A stretch of DNA of 64,000 bases, from assembly GCA_018384365.1 (NCBI GenBank), contig JAHAYX010000001.1, forward strand, positions 33,475 to 97,474, given 5' to 3'. Positions within the stretch are counted from its first letter, which is position 1, and every line of letters begins with the position of its first letter. The notes under the pieces were generated by a model. The model made no database searches and was not told the DNA's origin. It saw only the letters and a list, made by a program, of their open reading frames with translations. Of the stretch, positions 27,406 through 35,772 are shown piece after piece. The stretch comes from Clostridiaceae bacterium. Lineage in GTDB: Bacteria > Bacillota > Clostridia > Oscillospirales > QAMX01. The position numbers and the translations under genes were made by a program.

Positions 27406-28716
27406 TTATTGTATGGTCCCCGCTTTCACTTTCTGCACCTCCTGCCGCAGATCCAGAAAAACCTCGGCCAGAATCGGGTCGAAATCCTGTCCGCTGCCAT
27501 CCTGAATGATTTCAAAGCAGGTGTCCAGAGGAAGCGCCGCGCGATAGCAGCGATTTTCGGAAACGGCGTCGAATACATCGGCAATTGCCATAATCCGCGC
27601 ACAGAGCGGGATTTCCTTGCGTTTCAGCCCGTCGGGGTACCCCTTTCCGTTCCATTTTTCGTGGTGATACCGGGCAATCTGCGAAGCAATCTCCAGATAT
27701 TGCTCATTTCCCATGCGGCCGAAACTCTCCTGGATAATCTCGCCGCCCTTCACGGTATGCTGCTTCATAATTTCAAATTCTTCCGGCGTCAGTCGGCCCG
27801 GTTTTTGCAAAATGGCATCCGGCACGGCGATTTTTCCAACATCGTGCATAGGTGCGGCTTTCAGCAGATTGTTCAGATAATCCTTTGTCAGTGTTTCCTT
27901 ATAATAACCGCGTCTTCTCAGTTCCTCCGCAAGCAGGCGGATATACTGTGTCGTGCGTTTGACATGGCCGCCGGTGTTGTCGTCGCGTTCTTCAATCAGA
28001 TTGGCAAAGCCGACCACCATTTCGTCGTGGTATCGGCTCAATTCCTTCATTGCCGGGTTTTCCTGGTTCATATAGGTGCCTATCAGCAGCATGGTGGTAC
28101 CCATACTGCTGATCAGGGAATCCGGCACCAGCATCTGATAACCGGTCACACCGGCCACCACCAGGAAGCTTGTGATGATATTGACCCGTTTGTGGCTTTC
28201 TATGTAATTCCAGCGCCGGAAAACATGCGCGATTGTCAGCAGGATATAGATGGCAACCATGGCAAAGCAGGTGTACACGGAAATGCCCATGGAATAATAG
28301 CTTGTTTCGCCTTGCCGGTACTCCAGCGAATGCAGGTTCAGCAGAACGACCAACACGTTGATCAGAAACGGTGCGGCCAGGAGCAGCCGTTTTTTCCGGG
28401 AAACCGGCAGGCCTTCCGTGGTGTCCAGCATATACAGCAGCGAAATAAAAATCAATGCGTCGATACTGATCAGGAACAGTCCATGCAGCATCAGATTGAC
28501 AGCGGGGCTGACCACTTCCTGATGGTTGACTGTATAGGCCGTGATCCCGTCCAGAAGCAGGCAGACGAGGCCCTCCCACAGCAGAACATCGTAAACCGGC
28601 GAAGCGCTGGTGAGGTGAAAGCGTCTGCGCTCCTTATAATAAATAAAAACGAGATACAGCACAACCAGCAGGCAGCCGATCTGCAGTTTGCAATGCTGCA
28701 AATGAATCAATTCCAT
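27406..28716 (-). CDS. Membrane-anchored HD-GYP domain protein (putative c-di-GMP phosphodiesterase)
   Basis: 436 aa. About 7 N-terminal TM helices, then HDVGKIAVPD...HHEKWNGKGYPDGL. Confidence 0.85.
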   Translation of the reverse strand: MELIHLQHCKLQIGCLLVVLYLVFIYYKERRRFHLTSASPVYDVLLWEGLVCLLLDGITAYTVNHQEVVSPAVNLMLHGLFLISIDALIFISLLYMLDTTEGLPVSRKKRLLLAAPFLINVLVVLLNLHSLEYRQGETSYYSMGISVYTCFAMVAIYILLTIAHVFRRWNYIESHKRVNIITSFLVVAGVTGYQMLVPDSLISSMGTTMLLIGTYMNQENPAMKELSRYHDEMVVGFANLIEERDDNTGGHVKRTTQYIRLLAEELRRRGYYKETLTKDYLNNLLKAAPMHDVGKIAVPDAILQKPGRLTPEEFEIMKQHTVKGGEIIQESFGRMGNEQYLEIASQIARYHHEKWNGKGYPDGLKRKEIPLCARIMAIADVFDAVSENRCYRAALPLDTCFEIIQDGSGQDFDPILAEVFLDLRQEVQKVKAGTIQ

Positions 28717-28777
28717 GGACTTGCACCAGTCTTTCCGTGAAAACGTTTTGAGAGGATTGCCTGTGGTGCGAAATGGA

Positions 28778-29341
28778 TCAGGCAGTTTTATCCTGCCTAG
28801 CGTCGTGAAGAAGCGATTTGGTATCCGATTGATGCGCGGGACGCAGGAGATGGATGAGCAGTTCTTCTAAGGATGCAACCCCGGCCACGGCGCATACACC
28901 CCAGCAATAGCCGGGTGCAAAGCCGGTCAGGAGAAAATACGGCACAAGGAATACGGCCGCACCCGTCAGTTTATTGAAATAGGTATGCAGGGAGGCAAAC
29001 GTGCGGTACTTGATTGCCGCGACCAGATAGGCAGTCAGCCGCAGGCAGGCAATGCCCAGCACCACCCACCAGATCGGGGCAGGCAGAGTGCGGAACAGCA
29101 GCGGAAGCAGACGGACGAGCATCACACCATAGAACAGCAGATCCGCACAGGAGTCCAGCTTCGCGCCGAAGTCTCCGGAAGTGCCGGTTTTTCTGGCGAC
29201 CCAGCCATCCAGCACATCCGTCAGTCCGGTCAGGGTGTAAACGGCGAAAAAAGCAGGCGAAAGAGGCCGCACGAACAGCAGCCCCAGCGTTCCTGCCATA
29301 CGCAGGCCGGTGATACAGTTTGCCGCAGTGAAATATTTCAT
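28778..29341 (-). CDS. CDP-alcohol phosphatidyltransferase family protein
   Basis: ORF 28778..29494. ATG at 29341 follows GAAAGGAAG. DGWVARKTGTSGDFGAKLDSCAD matches the DG(x)2AR(x)8G(x)3D(x)3D motif. Confidence 0.8.
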   Translation of the reverse strand: MKYFTAANCITGLRMAGTLGLLFVRPLSPAFFAVYTLTGLTDVLDGWVARKTGTSGDFGAKLDSCADLLFYGVMLVRLLPLLFRTLPAPIWWVVLGIACLRLTAYLVAAIKYRTFASLHTYFNKLTGAAVFLVPYFLLTGFAPGYCWGVCAVAGVASLEELLIHLLRPAHQSDTKSLLHDARQDKTA

Positions 29342-29475
29342 GATCGTTCTGCTTCCTTTCGCCCGCAGGGCGCACGGCATCGCGCCGTGCCCTGCCGATT
29401 GACTTCTGTGTTTCTCTTTCCGCAGCGCCGGCGGGCGCTGCGTTGCCGCGCATCCGTGCCGGATTACTCCCCGTT

Positions 29476-29868
29476 TTACTGCCGCACACTCCATTCGCAG
29501 TCGTATGTGCCGATGAAGCGTTCCGCCTCAATCCAGACATGGTACGTACCGGGTTCTTCCAGCAAAACCGTAAAATCGGAGGTGGGAAGTTCCGTGCCGC
29601 GATAGTTGTACTGTTCCGGATCGGATTCCGGGAACACGGAAAGATTCAGGTTTCCGCTTTCCCGCGTGATGGAAACGGTCAAAACGCCTGTCTGACCCTC
29701 CTCTACCTGAAAAAACCGCTGTTCCGTTCCGTCATATAGGATCTGCCCATTTTCCAGGTTTTTATCCATATGGGGGGATTCCAGATTCTGCTGCCGTGCA
29801 CAGCCTGCGGCAAAGCTCAAAAGCACCGCAAAGCAGAAGAGCAGCAATTTCTTTGCGGGATTTCTCAT
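29476..29868 (-). CDS. Hypothetical lipoprotein
   Basis: 130 aa with signal peptide and lipobox SFAAGC. Overlaps the upstream gene by 4 nt. Confidence 0.55.
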   Translation of the reverse strand: MRNPAKKLLLFCFAVLLSFAAGCARQQNLESPHMDKNLENGQILYDGTEQRFFQVEEGQTGVLTVSITRESGNLNLSVFPESDPEQYNYRGTELPTSDFTVLLEEPGTYHVWIEAERFIGTYDCEWSVRQ

Positions 29869-30395
29869 TTCACTCTTTCCTCCAGATCCGCGCCGTAGCG
29901 GAAAATGAGTGAGGTCAGGATCAGGCCGATGCCCAGAGCAATGCTGAAAAAACCGTTCCAGTCGCCGCCGGTATTCCTCGGCAGATCACAAAGGGAGCAG
30001 ACGATGGCGCACAAAACCGCAGCCACCATCGGGAGAACGATGGTACGGATGCCAAGCCGTCTGATCCGGACGGCTCCCTGCTGCGTAAAGGGCGTACCGT
30101 CCGCCTGTTCTGCCATGAAATAACGCATGGCAAAAGCAAACAGAACACCGTCCGTCAGCGTCAGGATGGAACTCGTCAGGCATGCAGCAATCAGGTCTCT
30201 CAGGCCGTTTGAGGCGGTCAGACGATATAAGGTTGCCTGGTCTGCGCCGACAACGGTGCCGCCGCAATACCACACCACGCCGCAAAGCAGACTCAGCAGG
30301 CAAAGCCCCGCTCCTACAAAGCACAGGATCATGGCGATTTTCGTCAAAATCTGAAAGACGTGAAAAGTTTTCTGGATCGTAGTCAGTGAGTTCAT
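29865..30395 (-). CDS. Hypothetical integral membrane protein
   Basis: 176 aa with about 4 TM segments and a GGAGGA RBS. No family recognised. Confidence 0.5.
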   Translation of the reverse strand: MNSLTTIQKTFHVFQILTKIAMILCFVGAGLCLLSLLCGVVWYCGGTVVGADQATLYRLTASNGLRDLIAACLTSSILTLTDGVLFAFAMRYFMAEQADGTPFTQQGAVRIRRLGIRTIVLPMVAAVLCAIVCSLCDLPRNTGGDWNGFFSIALGIGLILTSLIFRYGADLEERVK

Positions 30396-30630
30396 GGGAA
30401 TCCTCCTTCAATCAAACAGGAACCATCCCGCAGGACGCAAGGTGCCGCGCGGTGTTCCTGTGGCAATACGATTTTCGCCGTTTTTCGGCTTACAACGGAA
30501 TTATACCGGAAAAACGATCGCGCGAATAGGCCGTTTTTTGGGGCGTATGTGTCAGATTTATAGGGTAGAAAACACGACGGAGGGCGGAGCACTGCTGCGC
30601 TTCGCCCTCCGTCGTACAGGAGGATTTCTT

Positions 30631-31533
30631 TTACACTCTTTTCTTCCCCGGAAGAAGGTTGATGAGAATATATAAGCCCACGGCAACGGCAATTGCCGCC
30701 GCCAGAACCAGATACATGGAGCCCTGCGTCACTTTTTCCCCGAAAAAGTACAAATTGCAGTCCACGCTGTCGCGTATGGCTTCCACCACTTCAGCCGGGA
30801 AGCCGAGATCCCGCATTTCCGCAAACACCCCCCGCATGGCGTGGTTGCGGAGCAGGCTGGTGCCATAGGTTCCGGGCAGGAAGGAAAGCGCCTTCTGCAA
30901 ACCGTCGGAGAAATTGGAAATCGGCATATAGGCGCCGCAGATGAAACCATAACCCGCGCTGACGATCGTGCCGACCGCACTGGCCTGACCGTTTGTGGAG
31001 AGCGGGAAATTCACGCAGGAGGAAAGCGCTGTGCCAAACAACACCAGCAACACTACATCAAGCAGCAGCAGCGCCACGTCAGCGGCAGAGAGGAACCAAC
31101 CCACGCAGGCCAGATAGACCAGGCAGATGGCCGCGGCCGTGAAGCTGATCAACAGGGTGGAAACCAGTGTGGAAAGATAATAGCTCAGCGCAAGGGTGCC
31201 GGGCTTCAGCGGCGCGATGGTCAAATCCCGGCGCGAACCGGTGGTTTTGTCCTGCACCATCAGCAGATTGCAGCAGAAGGCTACTGTCACACAGCTGACC
31301 GCCAGCAGAGAAGAAACCAGCTGGCCGCCCACGCAGCCCCAGATCACCTTATCCGAAACGACGGCTCCCGCCGCCTCCAGCGCTGAGCGGAAGGATTCTT
31401 CAAAAACATTCCCCAGGAAAGTCGTGTAGAGCACCAGAAGAATCAGCGGCGTGATCAGTGAGGTGAAAAACATTCCTTTATCTTTGAAATACAGTTTTGT
31501 ATTGCGCCGGATCAGCGCACCAAGTCCGGTCAT
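30631..31533 (-). CDS. ABC-2 type transporter permease
   Basis: ORF 30631..31560. ATG at 31533 follows AAAGGAGG. MTGLGALIRRNTKLYFKDKGMFF is a typical ABC-2 N-terminus, followed by 6 TM segments. Confidence 0.75.
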   Translation of the reverse strand: MTGLGALIRRNTKLYFKDKGMFFTSLITPLILLVLYTTFLGNVFEESFRSALEAAGAVVSDKVIWGCVGGQLVSSLLAVSCVTVAFCCNLLMVQDKTTGSRRDLTIAPLKPGTLALSYYLSTLVSTLLISFTAAAICLVYLACVGWFLSAADVALLLLDVVLLVLFGTALSSCVNFPLSTNGQASAVGTIVSAGYGFICGAYMPISNFSDGLQKALSFLPGTYGTSLLRNHAMRGVFAEMRDLGFPAEVVEAIRDSVDCNLYFFGEKVTQGSMYLVLAAAIAVAVGLYILINLLPGKKRV

Positions 31534-31718
31534 TCTTTGGCCTCCTTTCTTTCTCTGCACTGCCGGTCGGATAGGAAGTTACAAATGTTGCCCGCAGTGC
31601 CCATGCACAGCCCTATCGGCAGAAACAGCCCGTCGTTCCAATCCGTGAGCAGACAAAGGGTCACAGCGATACTCGCGAACAGGAGAAAAACCGGTGCGGC
31701 AATACTGAAAATCTTCAT
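31530..31718 (-). CDS. Small membrane protein (62 aa) inside the ABC-2 operon
   Basis: ATGA overlaps with both the ATPase stop and the permease start. Two hydrophobic segments. Confidence 0.4.
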   Translation of the reverse strand: MKIFSIAAPVFLLFASIAVTLCLLTDWNDGLFLPIGLCMGTAGNICNFLSDRQCRERKEAKE

Positions 31719-32629
31719 TTTTCCGAACCTCCCGTCAGCTTTTTTCCGGTGACGGCAAGGAAAACGTCGTCCATCTTGCCCTTTGTGATTTCATAATCCC
31801 GGAAAATCTCCGGATGCTGCAGAATCAAGGCGGTGGCAGCCGCCGTATCGGGCACAGAGACGCGGAAAGCATCCCGTATAGGCTCATAGGAAGAGGAAAG
31901 CTGCCGGATCTGCGATTCCTCCACGCCATAGATGGTGATGAAATCCCCGGTGTAAGTATTTTTCAAAGCCAGCGGCGTTCCTTCCGCGGCAATCTGACCG
32001 TGATCCAGAATGACTACGTAATCCGCGTCCGCCGCTTCCTCCATGTAATGAGTCGTAAGGAAAACCGTCATGTTTTCACTTCTGCGCAGGTCGCCGATGA
32101 CACGCCAGAGGATGCTTCTGGTCTGCGGATCCAGGCCGGTAGTGGGTTCGTCCAGAATCAGGATCCTGGGCCGGTGGAGAAGCGCCCTTGCAATGTCGAT
32201 CCTGCGGCGCTGGCCGCCGGAAAGCTTCCCGACGCTGCGTTTCAGCAAATCGCCGAATTCCAGAAGCTCTGCCAGTTCTGCCAGCCTTTGCCGAAATGCC
32301 TTCCCGTGTATACCGTAAAGCGCAGCACGGCTGGCCAGATTATCCTGAACGGACAAATCCTTGTCCAGAACAGAAGACTGAAACACCACGCCAAGGCTTC
32401 GTTTTATGGTATCGGGATCTGCGTCCAGATCCGTTCCGCAGATCCGGACAGCGCCGCTGTCCTTCGCCAGCTGGCCGCAGAGAATATTGATGGTAGTGGA
32501 CTTACCCGCGCCGTTGACGCCCAAAAAAGCAAAAAGTTCGCCTTCCCTGACGTGGAAGCTCAAATCCTGCACGGCTTTCACCGTACCGAAGGATTTATAC
32601 AGATGGTCGATTTCAATAATGTGGTTCAT
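31715..32629 (-). CDS. ABC transporter ATP-binding protein
   Basis: 304 aa. GVNGAGKST Walker A, LSGGQRRR signature, ILILDEPTTGLD Walker B. Confidence 0.9.
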   Translation of the reverse strand: MNHIIEIDHLYKSFGTVKAVQDLSFHVREGELFAFLGVNGAGKSTTINILCGQLAKDSGAVRICGTDLDADPDTIKRSLGVVFQSSVLDKDLSVQDNLASRAALYGIHGKAFRQRLAELAELLEFGDLLKRSVGKLSGGQRRRIDIARALLHRPRILILDEPTTGLDPQTRSILWRVIGDLRRSENMTVFLTTHYMEEAADADYVVILDHGQIAAEGTPLALKNTYTGDFITIYGVEESQIRQLSSSYEPIRDAFRVSVPDTAAATALILQHPEIFRDYEITKGKMDDVFLAVTGKKLTGGSEK

Positions 32630-32666
32630 ACTCTGTCTCCGAATCTGTCTTGCTGCCGGTTTCCGC

Positions 32667-32855
32667 TCATGCTTCCGGTATGACGATGGCCGCTATGATG
32701 TAGGCCAGGATGCCGCTGCCGCCCAGCGCACAGAACAGAATCCATCCCAGCCGGACCAACGTGGGGTCAATGCCGAAATAATCGGCAACGCCGCCGCAAA
32801 CGCCAGCCACCATTCTGTTGTCTCTTGATTTGTAAAGTCTTTTATTCATTTTCAC
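32667..32855 (-). CDS. PspC-domain protein
   Basis: 62 aa. LYKSRDNRMVAGVCGGVADYFGIDPTLVRLGW is the PspC domain, followed by 1 TM segment. Confidence 0.8.
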   Translation of the reverse strand: MKMNKRLYKSRDNRMVAGVCGGVADYFGIDPTLVRLGWILFCALGGSGILAYIIAAIVIPEA

Positions 32856-33109
32856 TGTTCCTCCGAATCAGTTTTTCTTGATGTTGTGCAGAAACCGTAC
32901 ACTTCTCCGCTTCTGCGCCCTATTATAAAGGGTTTTCCGTGCACGGAATAGTCTGAGATTTCAGACAAATGTGTTGATTTTATAGATTCTCTCTTTCATG
33001 CCGCGCGGCGTGAGGCACAGAAGAAAACCGGTTACCATGTGACAGTTGGTTTTTCTGTTCCATTCTCATCTGCTTTCCACAATCCAGAAGAAACAGTCTT
33101 GCGTGCAGT

Positions 33110-33142
33110 AAAAAAATCCCGAACACTTTCGCGTTCGGGATT
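33110..33142 (-). terminator. Terminator of the tRNA-Ser pair
   Basis: AATCCCGAAC-loop-GTTCGGGATT followed by T7 on the minus strand, directly after tRNA-Ser(GCT). Confidence 0.8.
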
Positions 33143-33144
33143 TC

Positions 33145-33234
33145 TGGCGGAGAAGGAGGGAATCGAACCCTCGCGCCGGTTTCCCGGCCTACTCCCTTAG
33201 CAGGGGAGCCCCGTCACCGCTTGGGTACTTCTCC
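33145..33234 (-). tRNA. tRNA-Ser (anticodon GCT), CCA encoded
   Basis: Reverse complement GGAGAAGTACCCAAGCGGTGA...CTCCC-CTGCTAA-GGGAG...long arm...GGGTTCGATTCCCTCCTTCTCCGCCA, 90 nt. Confidence 0.9.
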
Positions 33235-33283
33235 ATCTATTCAAAATAGGAATTGCACTGCAGCCCGGTTGAGAGGATAAGGT

Positions 33284-33374
33284 TGGCGGAGAGAGAGGGA
33301 TTCGAACCCCCGGCCCCTTGCGGAGTCACTGGTTTTCAAGACCAGCTCCATAAACCACTCGGACATCTCTCCGC
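33284..33374 (-). tRNA. tRNA-Ser (anticodon TGA), CCA encoded
   Basis: Reverse complement GCGGAGAGATGTCCGAGTGG...CTGGT-CTTGAAA-ACCAG...long arm...GGGTTCGAATCCCTCTCTCTCCGCCA, 91 nt. Confidence 0.9.
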
Positions 33375-33401
33375 ATTAAATCCACTCAATGGACGACGAT
33401 T

Positions 33402-33430
33402 ATTCTAACACAGTGTTGAAGATTTGTCAA
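33402..33430 (-). promoter_or_regulatory. Sigma-A promoter of the tRNA-Ser pair
   Basis: Minus strand TTGACA, 17 nt, TAGAAT, about 28 nt upstream of the tRNA-Ser(TGA) 5' end. Confidence 0.6.
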
Positions 33431-33561
33431 CAATTTAATTGCAAATCTCTGCCACACTTCTGAAAAACACCAGAGAAAGGCACCGTGGGCAGGTGGCAGG
33501 CGGCGTCTTTCCCCTTCAGAACAAAGGTTTTTCGTCCGGCAGGAATCCGACGGCCTGCCCT

Positions 33562-34314
33562 TTACCAGTCGTAGGGGTCGCGAAAGTTATTGGAAACAAC
33601 GCCCTGATCCTTCGGATAATCATAGGTGGTCCAGTTTTCGTAGGCCTCCACGATGGCGAGAGCATCCTCATCGTCCAGCGTTTCAAGGAATTTGCGGCAT
33701 TTTTCCACAATGCCCTCGGGCTTGTTCGGCGCCTTGATCACGGCGGTTTCCAGCTTGCGGAAGCCGGGAAACAACACCTCGTTTTCCACCAGCAGGAGGC
33801 GGTAAAGCGAATAAACCATGCCGTCCGCCACGTGTGCGCGTGCATACCCCTCCGGCTTGCAGGATTTCCAGAAATACCGGCAGAACATTTTCAGGGTGCA
33901 GTAATATTGCTTGAGTTTTCCCGCCTTTTCCGCCTTCGGATAAACGTTAATCTCTTTTGAAAGGGGGATCAGCTCCTCGTCATCGCAAAAAAGCGGGCGT
34001 GCGCAGGAAAACATATTGCGCATCGGCTCCGAACCGGTTTTGGCAAGTTCCTTCATGATGTCCTTCGTCAGGAAATGGATGTCAAAATACCCTGCCTCAT
34101 AGGTGCATTTTCCGCGGACAACCTCCATCGTACCGATACCGGCCTGTTTTTCCGCAAAATACGCCGGTGAGACAACGGCAACACCGTCCAGATCAGAATC
34201 CGGCCGTTCTGTATTTGTTGCGACGGATCCGATCAGAAACAAGGCAATGATTTCCGGGTTTTCGCGATAGTACTCAGCCATTTTCACGATAGAATCTTCG
34301 TGGTGTTTGTACAT
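33562..34314 (-). CDS. Nucleotidyltransferase-domain protein (KNTase/ANT-like architecture)
   Basis: ORF 33562..34374. ATG at 34314 follows GGAGAAGGGG. LIGSVATNTERPDSDLDGVAV is the GS-x9-DxD pol-beta NTase motif, followed by a helical C-terminal domain. 250 aa. Confidence 0.7.
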   Translation of the reverse strand: MYKHHEDSIVKMAEYYRENPEIIALFLIGSVATNTERPDSDLDGVAVVSPAYFAEKQAGIGTMEVVRGKCTYEAGYFDIHFLTKDIMKELAKTGSEPMRNMFSCARPLFCDDEELIPLSKEINVYPKAEKAGKLKQYYCTLKMFCRYFWKSCKPEGYARAHVADGMVYSLYRLLLVENEVLFPGFRKLETAVIKAPNKPEGIVEKCRKFLETLDDEDALAIVEAYENWTTYDYPKDQGVVSNNFRDPYDW

Positions 34315-34370
34315 TGGAATCCCCTTCTCCCCGGTGATACCCCGCATGGTATCACAGACTGTCCGGAAAA

Positions 34371-35303
34371 TCAACGGTTTCCGGACAGTCCTTCCGGCGA
34401 ATCGGGATTTTCGGCCGGCAGAACGCCGGTCAGGTCAAAGGGCGGGACATATTCTTCCTGCGCGCTGGACAGTTCCTGCATATAGCCCGTAAACCGCTCT
34501 TCGTTTTCCACAAAGCGGGCGACGCGGCGATATTCCACGAGCGTCAGCCGGCGGTTCAGCGGCGGCCGGTGCAGGGCTTCGCCCATGGGGGTGTACTGTG
34601 CCATGATGCTGAACAGGATGCCGTCCGGCAGCCTGTCGCGGCAGTACTCCAGCACGCGCAGGGAATCGGCGCTGTATCCGGGCAGCACCAGATGCCGGAC
34701 GATCACGCCGCGGCGCAGCAGGCCGTCGCTGTCATACACCGCAGGGCCGGTTTGACGGTACATTTCCCGGATGGCGGCGGTGGCCCGGTCAAAATAGTCC
34801 GCGGCGCCGGAATATTTTGCGGAAAGCAGGGGCGAACGGTATTTCAGGTCCGTCAGATAGACGTCCACGCAGCCGTCAATTTTCCGCAGCGTTTCCACGG
34901 CGTCGTAACCGCCGGTGTTATACACGACCGGCAAGCCGTCCGGGACGTGCTCCCGGATATAGGGCAGCAGATGCGCATAGTGCGTCGGGTTTACCAGGTT
35001 GATATTGTGTGCGCCCTGCGCCGCCAGCTCGTGCAGTATGGCGCGCAGGCGCTCGAGAGAAACCGTTTCCCCATAGCACGCATGGCTGAGGTCATAATTC
35101 TGGCAATAGATGCAGCCCAAAGAACATCCGGAGAAAAAAATCGTGCCGGAGCCGCGGGTTCCGCTGATACAAGGTTCCTCCCAATGATGCAGCGCGGCGC
35201 GCGCAATCCTCGGCAGCGCCGGCGCGCGGCAATACCCCTCGCCGATGTCCTCTCCCCGTCGGGCAGCGCATTGCCGGGGGCACTGTGAGCAGATGAATTC
35301 CAT
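34371..35303 (-). CDS. Radical SAM protein, PflX-type (PFL-activase homolog, COG1313-like)
   Basis: ORF 34371..35486. ATG at 35303 (MEFICSQCPRQC...). GTIFFSGCSLGCIYCQNYD radical SAM cluster. 310 aa. Confidence 0.8.
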   Translation of the reverse strand: MEFICSQCPRQCAARRGEDIGEGYCRAPALPRIARAALHHWEEPCISGTRGSGTIFFSGCSLGCIYCQNYDLSHACYGETVSLERLRAILHELAAQGAHNINLVNPTHYAHLLPYIREHVPDGLPVVYNTGGYDAVETLRKIDGCVDVYLTDLKYRSPLLSAKYSGAADYFDRATAAIREMYRQTGPAVYDSDGLLRRGVIVRHLVLPGYSADSLRVLEYCRDRLPDGILFSIMAQYTPMGEALHRPPLNRRLTLVEYRRVARFVENEERFTGYMQELSSAQEEYVPPFDLTGVLPAENPDSPEGLSGNR

Positions 35304-35772
35304 AAAACCATCCTTTATTCCAAACGGGCACGGCCACGCGGAAGGCATCGTCCCGTGCCGTGCATCGACTTTCTGTATTATACCACGCACAGCGTGAAAA
35401 ATATAGCCTGCGCTCATGGAAAACAGAGGACACTCGCGTTTAAAATGCCCCGGCGCCGTACAAACTACGTCTATGGAAAAGTTCACAGGACCCGCCCGGC
35501 TTGACAGAAAAACAACTGTGTATTCACAATATGCTTAAATATGCAAAATTATTCTGATGAAAAATTAAAATTCAGTTTCTTGTAAATAAAAATATACAGC
35601 CTGTCACCTGATACTTTTTCTCCATTCAGAAACCGTACACAGTATATTCATATGGAATTGTTTTGACAATTCTGTATATCAGGGCCATGATGTTACAAAC
35701 CTTGCAGCAAAACGGCAGAGAACCATTCCACGCTTTCGCGTGTTTTGGGAAAATTTTTTAGGAGGGTCATGC

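Noticed and set aside
32889-32902. Exact 14-mer CAGAAACCGTACAC shared by the pspC upstream region and the lipoprotein-2 upstream region (35627..35640).
   Set aside because: A rough estimate gives on the order of ten chance 14-mer matches in 64 kb on both strands. The match does not extend and there is no associated structure.
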